From an uncultured delta proteobacterium (lineage in GTDB: Bacteria > Myxococcota > Myxococcia > Myxococcales > Myxococcaceae): 64,000 bases of DNA. Each line of letters begins with the position of its first letter. The first letter of the stretch is position 1. The position numbers and the translations under genes were made by a program. Shown here one piece after another: positions 48,859-59,300 of the stretch. The stretch covers positions 188,579 through 252,578 of the forward strand of contig CAWCKH010000005.1 in assembly GCA_963796055.1 (NCBI GenBank), read 5' to 3'. The notes beneath the pieces are model-generated. The model saw only the letters and a program-made list of their open reading frames with translations, was not told where the DNA came from and searched no databases.

Positions 48859-50160
48859 ATCGGACCTTCGATTCTCCACGACCCGTTCACCTTCCGCTTC
48901 GGCGTCCCCTTGCCGAACCGCATCCCTGTCCCCCTGAAGCCAACTCTCCCCTCACTCGACTCCTCATCCGAGCCTCCCGGCACGCGCACCCGGACTCCGC
49001 ACGAAACGAGGGCTGGACGGCCACCGGCCTGTGTGCGCCGCGCCCCGGCCCGGGAGGCCGTCCTCAGCAGCCTCACACGGACGAGCCCCTCCACTTCGGA
49101 TCAGCGCGGTTTCTTTCGCTGGCTCGCCGGTGGGATCCCAAGCACTTCACGGTATTTGGCCACCGTGCGTTTGGCGATGTCGATTCCTCGGGCGCGGAGC
49201 AAAGAGACGATCTCATAGTCCGAGTAGGGGCTCCTGGCGTCCTCGGCGGCGACGATCTGCTGGATGTGCTTCGTCACCACCTCGCTGGGGATGTCGTCGC
49301 CGACGACGTGCGACCAGTTCCGCCCGGGCTTCGGGTCCAGCTTGGCGAGGAGCTTGCTCGCATCCACCACCTCGGAGAGGCTGATCTTCAGCTCGCGGGC
49401 AATGGCGGGCAGGTTCTTCGACTCGAGCAGCTCGAGGTGGCGCTTGAGGATGAGCGAGAGGAGCGGGGCCCGGGCATCCTTGAGGCCCGCGGCCTGGATG
49501 AGCAGGCACTCCTGGAGGTCGCGGGCGCCGCAGCCCCTCGGCTCGAGCTGCTGAATTTTCCGGAGCGTCCGCTCGGCCAGCGCCATCGACACGTCCGCCT
49601 CGCTCGCCAGGCGGATGAGGGGGTCGCCCTCGACGTCGGGCAGGGTGAGGTAGCCGTCGTCGTCGAGGTTGCCGAGCACCAGCGAGGCGATGCGCCGCTC
49701 GGCGTCGTTGAGCTTCTCGAAGTCCAGCTGAGTCCAGAGGTCGTGGGCCAGGCCCCCCTTCTTCGCCAGGTTGGCGTAGAACGACAGGGGGTCCTCGGCG
49801 GCGACGTTGCCCTTGTTGGAGGCGGTGCCGGGCTCGTTGAACTGGTAGCTATTGAAGTAGGCGTCCCAGTCGATCTCCGCCGGGCCCTCGCCCTTGACCT
49901 CCTCGGCGCGCTCGGGGACCTTGTCCTCGAGGGCTCCCGGAAGGGGTTCGGTGGTCTCCGCCTCCAGGCTGGCCTCGCCGGGGGCCTTCTCGTCGAGGTT
50001 GCCGTCAGTGGTCTCCTCCGGCCCCTCTAGGAGGGGGTTCTGCTCCAGCTCCTCCCGGACGGTTTCCAGCAGCTCTATCCGGGACAGCTGCAGAAGCTGG
50101 GGGGGCATCGCCAGCGACAGTGAAGATCTGAGGTGCTTGCGCATCAGCGCGTGGATCTCT

Positions 50161-50206
50161 TCCCGCAGGGCGTGAACGGGCACCCCGACGAAATCGGCCA
50201 GAGGGC
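50161..50206 (+). repeat. 46-bp direct repeat flanking IS66 copy 2 (partner 52499-52544)
   Basis: TCCCGCAGGGCGTGAACGGGCACCCCGACGAAATCGGCCAGAGGGC is identical on both sides. Confidence 0.95.
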
Positions 50207-52498
50207 GTAACCGATCGAGCTTGGATCCTCCGGCCGAGCTGAGCGGTCAGGAGGTGTTCGGAGCTGGCTGCATCCACCGGTCCGGGAGCAGCTCGTCGAT
50301 CCGCGCCGCCGGGTGGCTCTGCACGCGGAGGAGGACATCCGCGAGGTACGCCTCCGGATTGACTCCGTTCGCCTGGCAGGTGGCCACGAGGGAGTAGAGA
50401 CCAGCGAGTCCGGCTCCGGCTTCGTCGTGCCCCACGAAGAGGAAGTTCTTCCGACCGAGGGCGACGGTGCGGAGCGCGTTCTCCGAAGCGTTGTTGTCGA
50501 GCGGCAGCGAGGCACCCTCCACGAAGTGGCCCAGCGCCTCCCACTGCCCACGTGCGTAGCGGATCGCCTCGCCCAGCGGAGACTTCGGCGGATGGAGCGG
50601 GACCTGTGTGGCCAGCCAGTCGCGAATTTTCCCGAGAAGCGGGACGCTCTGCTCAGCTCGGAGCTGGAGGTGCTCCGGCTGGCCGAGGACGCCCGCGTCG
50701 CGGGCGGCGTGCTCGACTCGGTACAGGCCAAGGATGAGGTCCAGCATGCCCTGGGCCTCGGGGGCGGTGCCGAGCGCGTCGAAGAATTTCCGCCGCACGT
50801 GCGCCCAGCAGCCCACGCGGATGCGTCCATCGGGCAGGGTGACGGCGTTGTAGCCGCTGTACGCGTCGACAAGCAGATAGCCCTTCGTGCCTTCGAGCAC
50901 CCTCGCGGGCGTCTCACCGCTCCGGGACGCGCTGTACTCGTAGGCGATGAGCTTCTCCGTCCGAAACGTCCAGATGTAGCCGCGACGTGTCTTCTCCTCC
51001 GCAAGGACGCGGATGGGCGTTTCATCCGCTCGGACCAGCTGCGCGTCGCGCACCCGCTGGAGAATCCGAGCGGCCAAGGGCGCGAGCACGTCCGCTGTGG
51101 TGTGGAAGAGGTCTCCGAGCGTGGTGCGGTTGATGGGCACGCCGGCGCGGGCCAGCGCCTTGGCCTGGCGGTACAAAGGAATGCTGTCGGCGCACTTCGC
51201 CGTGACGACGTGGGCGAGCAGGCCAGGCCCGTATTGGCACTTGTCCACCACGCGGCGAGGCCCGTCCGCGGTGACGAGGCCTTCGCCGCATCGGCAGGCC
51301 AGCGTCTCTTGCACGTGCACTTGTCGCTCGAAGCGGGCCGGCACGTACTCGTACAAGTACGTCCGTTTCCCTTCGCCCACGGGCCGCAGCTCCGAGCTCC
51401 CGCACTTCGGGCAGGTCCGCTTCTCGTCAGCGACTCGGTGCTCGACGAGGCGCTCGGGGAGCGCGGCCCTCGCTTCGCGGCGTGCGCGCCGCGTCGCCTG
51501 CGTCACCGCGGGGTCGACCGGCTTCTCTGCCCGGAGCTGCTCGGCGACCGGCGGCATCTTCTCGCTGCGCTGCCCGAAGATGTGGCGCTGGAGCGCAGCG
51601 AGCTGACCCTCGAGCTGCTGCTGTCGGTCCTGGACTTGAGCGAGCTCCGCTGCGAGCCGTTCGGCTTCGTCTCGCCACGCACACTCGTGGTCTTCGGAGC
51701 CTGGTGCCAACGCGCAGTAGAGATCATACCTCCCCCCTCGTTGGAAACTGGGTGCGGGGGGACCCACTGCTTGGGCCGGCGGACGCGGCTGAGGTCGATG
51801 CCGTCGAGCAGCATGGCGAGCTGGCTGCTCTGCAGCCGCGCTCCGAGCGCACCCTCGCGGAAGGCCGGGAGCCGGAAGCGGCCCTGCTCGAGCCGCTTGT
51901 AGAACAGGACGAAGCCCCCGTTGTCCCAGGTCAGCACCTTCGTCCTATCGCCTCGCCGGCTGACGAAGATGAAGAGGTCCCCTGCGTAGAGGTCCTCCTT
52001 CCACTCGTTACGGATGATGGCGGCGAGCCCGTCGATGCTGTTGCGCATGTCCACGGGCTTCGCGGCGAGGAGGATGCGGACTGCCCGCGGGAGGAGCAGC
52101 ACCGGGCGGCTACCGCAGCGCCCGAAGCAGCTCGCTCACGTACCTGGGCTCGGTCCCGGCCGGCAGCCGGACCACGATGCCTCCGGCGAGCGCGATCTCC
52201 ACAACCACTCCCCCTGGCCGCGCTGGAGGCGCGGCAGAGCCTACGACTTCGATGGGCAGGAAGGACTCGGAAAGCTTGGCTGCCGATTCGGAGTGCTTCT
52301 TGGCCTTCCTGTACATCCAATACTGAAATGCGGCGATGGAGAGGTCGTGCTTGGCGCAGAATTCCTTCTGCTGCAGGCCGCTCTGCTCGAACTCGGCCAG
52401 GAGGGCGATCCACTCCTCGGTGCTGGGTCGTCGGGGCATGGCGCCCGACTCTGCCGGTCAGCCGCTACGGCTCAAGACGTCCGTCGTCGGTCGGTTAC
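50207..52498 (-). mobile_element. IS66-family element, copy 2 (inverted; tnpA 52110-52439, tnpB 51503-52102, tnpC 50247-51710)
   Basis: Protein translations identical to copy 1; 2292 bp, one base shorter near the right terminus. Confidence 0.95.
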
Positions 52499-52979
52499 TC
52501 CCGCAGGGCGTGAACGGGCACCCCGACGAAATCGGCCAGAGGGCTGCATTCGACACGCAGGGCCATCGTCTCGACCACGCGTGCAATGCCTGCGGCCCCG
52601 AGCGGGAATCCGCGTTCGCGCGCCAGCTCCTGCTTGAGCTGAGCAATACGCTCCAGTGAGTGCCCACCACGTCGCGCGAGCGTATCCCGGACCTCGCTGT
52701 CCAGTCCGTTGCCTTCGGCCACGTACTCCCTCATCACCCCCGCGAGCTCCAGCTCCAGCGCGCAGGCCCAGAGCGGGTGGCTCTGAATCACCGCGTCGGC
52801 GAACAGGCGCGCGATCACCTCGCGAGCAATGACTTGGACGACCCTCGAGAGGAGTTTCATCGGACCCCCGGAGCTTCCCGGCGCGGGCGATGCTAGCCAA
52901 CTGCGTGCGACGAGTCTCGGAACGGCGCCCGAGGGACAGCCGAATTCGGCCAACACACTTCCGTTGCACGGTAGTCCGT

Positions 52980-53063
52980 GGGCTTGATCTCGTGGACAGT
53001 CTGACTACGCGATCGCCCCCGTACCCACGTCTCCGAAGGTGTCCACCGGAACGGATCAAGCCC
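52980..53063. repeat. 84-bp miniature inverted-repeat element
   Basis: GGGCTTGATC...GATCAAGCCC perfect 10-bp terminal IR with inner GTGGACA/TGTCCAC. Confidence 0.5.
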
Positions 53064-53064
53064 A

Positions 53065-53798
53065 GAGCGCGCCTCTCTGGCGGACCAGGTGCGGACACTT
53101 CTCCAGGAACTCGAGGCCTAAAGTCACGTCCCGCAATCAATTGCGGGATCGGCCTTTTGGGGCTCGAAATGGCTCTCGAATCCGCCCGAAAATACGCTCC
53201 ACAATGCGCTCCCGGATCGGGCGCATTGTCGGGCCGTTTGCCGGGCCGAATGCCGGGCGGCTTCGAGCAGCCGTCGTCAAGCAGGTCGCGCCCTTCCGCC
53301 CTCGCCCACCCGGTTCGCCTGCAGCACCGGGAGCACCCCCGAGTTTCCCGCTCACGCCCTCGCAACCATGAAACTGAGGGCGTGAGCGGGAAACTCTGGG
53401 TACCGTGAATTCTAACGGGGTGGGCGAGGGCGAAAGGACCCTCATTTGTGGAGTCTTGATGAGGAAGGTCTTGAGATGAAGTGAGTGACGAAGGGAGGGC
53501 AGTGAGAAAGGCGTGAGCAATGATGGAACGTGCATCCCCCGAGGGGCTCGAACAGACCGGTTGGCGCGGACGGCTGAGGCGAAAGGACCGACAGCTGGTT
53601 GGCGCACTTGGACTCTGTCGGTAGCTGACCATCCAGCAAGTCATCGAACTCGGAGTGGGCGCCAGGACGGAGAAGGCGACCGGGTACAGGCTCCGTGGAC
53701 TCGCCGGCCTTGAAACCAGGTCCAAGGTGCGAGCATCGAGGCCCGGACTGTTGAGACGCTTTCCTTTCCGTTCTTTCGAGGGCGAGCGGCTGCACCTG
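53065..53798 (+). repeat. About 735-bp duplicated segment, copy 2 (relaxase 5' end with premature TAG)
   Basis: Colinear with 38404-39140; CGG-TAC in copy 1 is CGG-TAG here. Confidence 0.9.
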
Positions 53799-53857
53799 GA
53801 AACCGGAGGTACCTTGTCGGCTTAGCCCACCCGTCTACGAGACCAGGGGAAGCTCAC

Positions 53858-53924
53858 TCCGCCCCAGCTCGGCCTCTAGTGAGGCCGGCCGAGGTTCGAG
53901 ACGCGCCCCGCCCTGACGACGGGC
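53858..53924 (+). mobile_element. Short IS91/ISCR-like 3' remnant
   Basis: CCGCCCCAGCTCGGCCTCTAGTGA...GAGGTTCGAGAC...CCCTGACGACGGGC, shared with the other copies. Confidence 0.55.
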
Positions 53925-54133
53925 CCGACGTCCGGGAGGCGGTGAACGCTTGGATCCGGAAATCGGGTGAGTTCGATGCGGTCCTCGACTTCGACGCCGC
54001 CCTCCGCGATCCGCGCCATCCGAAGCGCCTGCTGCCCGAGTACGACAGTGGTGACCACCTCCACCCGAACCGCGCCGGGCACAGGGCGATGGGCGAGGCC
54101 ATCGACGTGCGCCTTTTCGACGGCCCCGCCTAG
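53925..54133 (+). pseudogene. C-terminal fragment of an SGNH/GDSL hydrolase
   Basis: REAVNAWIR...FDAVLDFD..LRDP...YDSGDHLHPNRAGH. Confidence 0.7.
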
Positions 54134-55731
54134 GAGCCTGTAGGGCGTAGAGGTCAGGGCGGCGTGATCCGCTGGGCGGCATGAAGACCTGCCGCCCGTG
54201 GGCGCCGCTGCAGTCGTACCTGCTCCCGCCGTCGCCGGCGGACTGGCTCCCGGAGGGGCACCTCGCCTATTTCGTGCTCGAGGTGGTGGACCAGCTCGAC
54301 GTCGCCGCCATCGAGCGAGCCATTTCCCAGAAGGACCCGCGTGGGGAGCGCCCGTACTCGCCGCGGATGTTGCTGGGGCTGCTCATGTACGGCTACTGCG
54401 TGGGCCTGTTTTCCTCGCGGAGGCTGGCGCGCGGGACGTACGAGGACGTGGCGCTTCGGGTGCTGGCGGGGGAAGAGCATCCGCACTTCACCACCATCAA
54501 CCAATTCCGGCTGGTGCACCGGACGGCCATCGCCGGCCTCTTCGTGCAGGTGCTGGAGCTCTGCCGTCGAGCCGGGTTGGTGAAGCTGGGACACGTGGCG
54601 CTGGACGGGACGAAGCTGCTGGCCAATGCGAGCAAGCACAAGGCGATGAGCTACGAGCGGATGAAGAAGGACGAGACGCGGCTGCGAGGAGAAGTGGAGA
54701 GCCTGCTCACCCAAGCCGACGCGGTGGACGAAGCCGAGGACGCCCGCTACGGCAGAGGCATTGCCCCCGACGACTTGCCGGCCGAGTTGCAGCGTCGCGA
54801 GACGCGGCTCGAGCGCATTCGGCAGGCCAAGGCAGCGCTCGAAGAGGAGGCCCGCGCAGCACGGGCCCGGAGACTTCGAGAGAACGCCGAGGGGCTCGAG
54901 GCGGACGCGCTGAACGCCCAACTACCCGCCCGCCAGCGCAAGACAGCAGCCACCCTCGCCAAGCGGAGCGCCGCTCAAGCGGACCTGCTCGACGGCGGAC
55001 GAAAGGACGACGATGACGACCCGCCCTCAGGCGGTGCCACCGGCCTACCCACCCATCGGGTGAGGGCTCACGTCGACGGCACTCCGAAGTCGAAGGCACA
55101 GCGGAACTTCACCGACCCCGACAGCCGCATCATGGAGAAGAACGGCAGCTTTCTGCAGGCATACAACGCCCAAGTCGTGGTGGACGAAGCCCACCAAGTC
55201 ATTCTCGCGCACGGCCTGTCCAACCAGCCGCCCGACGTCGAGTACCTCGAGCCACTGCTGAGGGCCGCTGTCGCCAACTGCGGGGCGTCACCGGAGAAGG
55301 CCTCTGCGGATTCGGGCTACTTCTCGGCGGAGAACGTCGCGGCGTGCGACTCCTTGGGCATCTCGGCCTACATCTCCGTCGGTCGCGACGCGCACGACGG
55401 GCGCATCACCGACCCACGAACGACTCCGGCGAAGGACGCGATGCGGCTGAAGCTCGAGTCGGAGGAGGGCAGAGCCGTGTACGCGCGCCGGAAGGCCATC
55501 GTCGAGCCTGTCTTCGGGCAGATGAAGGCAGTCCGCGGCTTCCGTCGCCTCTCGATGCGGGGCAGGCAGAAGGCAGCGGGCGAGTGGGGCCTCGTTTGCC
55601 TCACCCACAACCTCCTGAAGCTCTTCCGGGAGGCCTGGCTCCCGGCACTCATGCCCGCGTAGCGCCGACGGGCCGCCAGTCAGCCACCGACGGCGCCCGC
55701 GCCAACGAGAGCGGCTACGCCCTACAGGCTC
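54134..55731 (+). mobile_element. IS1182-family element
   Basis: Perfect 17-bp IR GAGCCTGTAGGGCGTAG / CTACGCCCTACAGGCTC; CTAG on both sides. Confidence 0.9.
54181..55662 (+). CDS. IS1182-family transposase
   Basis: LLPPSPADWLPEGHLA, PYSPRMLL, LDGTKLLANAS, TDPDSRIM, ADSGYFS, RKAIVEPVFG. Confidence 0.92.
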   Translation: MKTCRPWAPLQSYLLPPSPADWLPEGHLAYFVLEVVDQLDVAAIERAISQKDPRGERPYSPRMLLGLLMYGYCVGLFSSRRLARGTYEDVALRVLAGEEHPHFTTINQFRLVHRTAIAGLFVQVLELCRRAGLVKLGHVALDGTKLLANASKHKAMSYERMKKDETRLRGEVESLLTQADAVDEAEDARYGRGIAPDDLPAELQRRETRLERIRQAKAALEEEARAARARRLRENAEGLEADALNAQLPARQRKTAATLAKRSAAQADLLDGGRKDDDDDPPSGGATGLPTHRVRAHVDGTPKSKAQRNFTDPDSRIMEKNGSFLQAYNAQVVVDEAHQVILAHGLSNQPPDVEYLEPLLRAAVANCGASPEKASADSGYFSAENVAACDSLGISAYISVGRDAHDGRITDPRTTPAKDAMRLKLESEEGRAVYARRKAIVEPVFGQMKAVRGFRRLSMRGRQKAAGEWGLVCLTHNLLKLFREAWLPALMPA

Positions 55732-55804
55732 CTAGCGGCGCGCGCGACCGGGGTGTTGGGTCCCGGTCGCGGCAGCCTCCGGAACGGAGTAGGGTCGCCA
55801 GCCA

Positions 55805-58472
55805 ATGGAGCTCGGACCGGGCGCGCGCCTCGGACCTTACGAGATCCTCGCTCACCTCGGCGCCGGAGGGATGGGTGAGGTCTGGCGCGCACGGGACCCA
55901 CGCCTGGGGCGTGAGGTGGCGCTCAAGGTCCTCCAGGCCGACGTCTCGCACGACGAGGAGTGGCGGCGACGCTTCGAACGAGAGGCCCGGTCCGCCGCGA
56001 GCCTCTCGCACCCTCACGTCTGTGCCGTGTACGACGTCGGCCGCGAGGGAACCCGGGACTATTTGGTGCTCGAGCTCCTGGAGGGCGAGACGCTCGAGGC
56101 GCGGCTCGAGCGTGGCGCGCTTCCCTACCCGGAGGTACTCCGGCTCGGAGCACAGATCGCCGCCGCCCTCGCCGCCGCTCACGCATCGGGCCTCATCCAC
56201 CGAGACCTCAAGCCCGGAAACGTGATGCTGGTCAGCGCCGGGGTGAAACTGCTCGACTTCGGGCTCGCCAAGCTGGTCCTCGAGGCCGCGCCCTCGGCCG
56301 GGAACACCCTCGGCTCGACCGCCGGCATGGGTCTGACCAGGCACGGCTCACTGCTCGGCACGGTGCCGTACATGTCACCCGAGCAGGCGGCGGGGAAGCC
56401 GGTGGACGCGCGGAGCGACATCTTCGCCCTGGGCGCGGTGCTCTACGAGATGGCCACCGGTGAGCGGGCGTTTCCCGGTCAGACTTCGGCCGAGGTTCTC
56501 TCGGCGATTCTGACCCGCGATCCGCCGGCGATCTCCAAGCTTCGTCCGGCCACGCCGGCAGGCTTCGACCGGCTGGTGGCAGGCTGCCTGGCCAAGGATC
56601 CGGCGGACCGGTGGGACTCGGCCCACGACCTGTCCATCCGGCTGAGGACGCCGGAGGTCGAGGTCGGGCCCTCCGGAGAGGGAGCGTCCCGGGCGCCACG
56701 ACGTCGGGTGGTGGCCGCCGTGCTGTTCGTGGGCGTGCTCCTGGGCGCCGTCGGGGCCTTGCTCATCCGGTCCCCGGCACCGGCGCCCGAGCCGGCCTCA
56801 CCGGTCCACCTCCTCCAGCCGCCCCCCACTGGAACCAAGATCTTCAACGTGCCCGAGACGAGCTCGATCGCCGTGTCGCCGGACGGCAAGCGCATCGCCT
56901 TCGTCGCCTACCAATCGGGACTGGCGAGGTCGGCGTGGATGCTGCCGGAGGGCAGACAGGTCTGGGTGCGAAACCTGTCCGAGCCCGAGGCCCACCCGGT
57001 CCCCTTCACCGAGGACGCGACGTCGGTCTTCTGGTCACCTGACGGAACCGCGCTCGGCTTCGTCGTCCCCGGGGCGATGAAGCGGGTGAACCTCGACGGA
57101 GCCATCCCGGTGCTGATCTGCCCGATGGGCCCGGGGGCACTGGCCAGCTGGGGCCCCGATGGGAACATCGTCTTCACCAGGCTGGTGGAAGCCGCGCTGT
57201 TCCAGGTTCCGGCGGCGGGAGGCGAGCCACGCCCGCTCTTCCAGCCCGACCGCTCCAGCGGGGACACGGCGTACAGCTGGCCGGTTTACCTGCCCAACGG
57301 ATGGTTGCTGTTCCTCGCCCGGAGAGGGGATGGAACCTACCGGCTGATGATGGCCAGACCGGGGGAGCCTCCCCGGCCGCTGATGCCCGTGAGCTCCAAG
57401 GTGCAATTCACCGAACCGGGACTCCTGGTGTTCGTGCGGGACGCCGCCCTGCTCGCGCAGCGCTTCGACCTTCGTTCGCAGAAGCTGGTGGGCGAGCCCT
57501 GGGCGATCGCCAGCCACGTCAGGAACTTCGCCTCCAACGCATCCGCGGAGTTCGCCACCTCTGCCGGTGGCACCCTGGTCTGGCAACCCGCCGACAGCGT
57601 GGGGTCGCTGACCTGGTTCGACCGCGCCGGTCACTCCCTCGGGCGGCTGGGAGAGGACGGGTCGTGGAGGGCAGTGTCGATCTCTCCCGACGGCGAGTCC
57701 GTCGCCTGCAGCCGTGCCCGGCCGGACACGGGCGTCTTCGAATCTCTGGTCCTTCGACATCTCGCGTGGCCTTGCCACGCCCATCGCTCCCAACCGCTTC
57801 ACCGAGAACTTGCCAGTGTGGCACCCCTCGGGAGCCGAGCTGGTGTTCACCGGAGCTGAGCGAGGAGTTCCCAACCTCCGCCGTCTGAACCTCGCCACCG
57901 GCGAGGTGGTGGAGCTCCGGCCGTCCGGAACGTTCCAGATCCCCCAGACGTTCTGCCCCGATGGACGCACCCTGGTGTTCACCGAGCGGGAGGGGAACGG
58001 CGAGCAGCGGGCCTACGAGATGCCGTTCAGGCCCGGCGCGGAGTCGAAGCGCTTGCCACTCTCGGACGCCGACACCTGGTCCCTGCGCTGCTCGCCGGAC
58101 GGACATGACCTGGCGTACATCTCGAGCGCGTCGGGGCGCGGCGAGCTCTACATCGCGCGCAACGACCACCCCGGCAGCCCGGTGCGGGTCTCGCGCGACG
58201 GCGCCGTGCTGGCCCGCTGGTCGCGAGGAACCCAGGAGCTCATCTACCTCGCGCCCGACCGGAAGGTCTGGTCCGTTCCGGTGGCCACCGACCGGTCGCT
58301 CCGAGCCGGTGTTCCGGCACTTCTCTTCGACTCTGAACAGAGCTTGCCCTGGGTGGACTTTGACGTCTCACCCGATGGGCAGCGCATCCTGGCGAACGTC
58401 CCGCTGATCGACGCCGACGGGATGCCGCTGGAGGTGCTGGTACACTGGCCCGCGGCGGCGGCGCCCCACTGA
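55805..58472 (+). CDS. Ser/Thr protein kinase with TM and PD40/TolB-like beta-propellers (frameshift near 57740)
   Basis: GAGGMGEV, VALK, HRDLKPGN, DFGLAK, YMSPEQ, SPDG repeats; the propeller continues in ORF 57714-58472. Confidence 0.88.
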
Positions 58473-58554
58473 GGTTCGTTCGGCGCCGACGGAAGGCGAC
58501 CGCCAAGAAAGCGACACCCGAGAGCCCAGCTCCGCCTGCCGCCTCGGTCCGAGG

Positions 58555-58685
58555 TCAGCGAAGGACGAGCACCGGGATCTTGCTGTGGGTCAGCACTTTG
58601 GTGGTCTCGCTCCCGATCAGCAGGGCCTGCACCCCTCGCCGCCCGTGCGAGGCCATCATGATGAGGTCACAGCCCTCCGCCACCG
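58555..58685 (-). pseudogene. C-terminal fragment of a UspA-family gene
   Basis: AEGCDLIMMASHGRRGVQALLIGSETTKVLTHSKIPVLVLR*; the 5' part is replaced by an IS91-like remnant. Confidence 0.8.
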
Positions 58686-58949
58686 CGAGAGACCATCCTC
58701 GCCGGAAGCGTCCCTGAGAGGCCCCTCCTCTCGCCCCGGCCACCTCCCCGCCCCAGCTCGGCCTCTGGTGACTGCAGTCCAAGCCTCGAGACTCCCTCCG
58801 CCCTGACGACGAGCCAGCGACTGCTCGACCCTCGTCAGCGGTGAGCACCTCCGCCGAGCCTTCCCGCAGCCTCGTCCTGGCCCTCCGCCCCGGCGACGCG
58901 GGTCCCCTGCCCAGGCCTCCGCCACGAAAGCCGGTTTGTTCTTCCTTGG
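58686..58949 (+). mobile_element. IS91/ISCR-like 3' end remnant with ori-like terminus
   Basis: Similar to 31350-31628; ends GTTTGTTCTTCCTTGG. Confidence 0.6.
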
Positions 58950-58967
58950 GCTCGTCCACGCTGAGGC

Positions 58968-59300
58968 TTACCGGCCACCTCTGCGGATGAAGTCTTCGAG
59001 GTCCTCGACCCGCACCCGGATGGCGTTGGACACCCGGACGTGCCGGAGTTCGCTGCGCTCGCACAGCGCGTAGACGGTCGCGGTCGACACACGCAGGTGC
59101 TCCGCGGCCTCGCGGACGGTGAGCAGGGCTGGGACGGAGAAGGAAAGGCCCTGGAGCCTTGGCTTGGGTCCCGCGGGGGTCCCGCTCCGCAGCGTCCGCT
59201 GGAGCCCACGCGGTGCTAAGCCGCCCGAATCACCTTCGCGACCCTCAATGTTTGTCACGGGTTGGATGGAGGAGGAGGCTGTGGAAAGGGGCGCGACCGA
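58968..59300 (-). CDS. Detached C-terminal segment of integrase B with an HTH_17 domain
   Basis: LLTVREAAEHLRVSTATVYALCERSELRHVRV; frame is open up to the att core and in phase with integrase B. Confidence 0.8.
   Translation of the reverse strand, partial: SVAPLSTASSSIQPVTNIEGREGDSGGLAPRGLQRTLRSGTPAGPKPRLQGLSFSVPALLTVREAAEHLRVSTATVYALCERSELRHVRVSNAIRVRVEDLEDFIRRGGR

Larger units (their letters stand above)
49101..52860 (-). pseudogene. DUF507-like domain fused to an internally deleted sigma-54 (RpoN), split by IS66 copy 2 (segments 52860-52499 and 50160-49101)
   Basis: Removing the IS and one 46-bp repeat gives a continuous 473-aa frame: MKLLSRVVQVIAREV...MRKHL, then LLQLSRIELLETVREELEQNPLLE, GNLDDDGYL, RDLQECL, LDPKPG, and SD...IAKRTVAKYRE. 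Confidence 0.8.

Noticed and set aside
49101..50183. Housekeeping rpoN
   Set aside because: Large internal deletion, altered RpoN box, fusion partner, island location and no hpf/lptB context.
44239..52498. Composite transposon formed by the two inverted IS66 copies
   Set aside because: Each copy has its own flanking repeat and interrupts a different gene; the outer flanks do not match each other.
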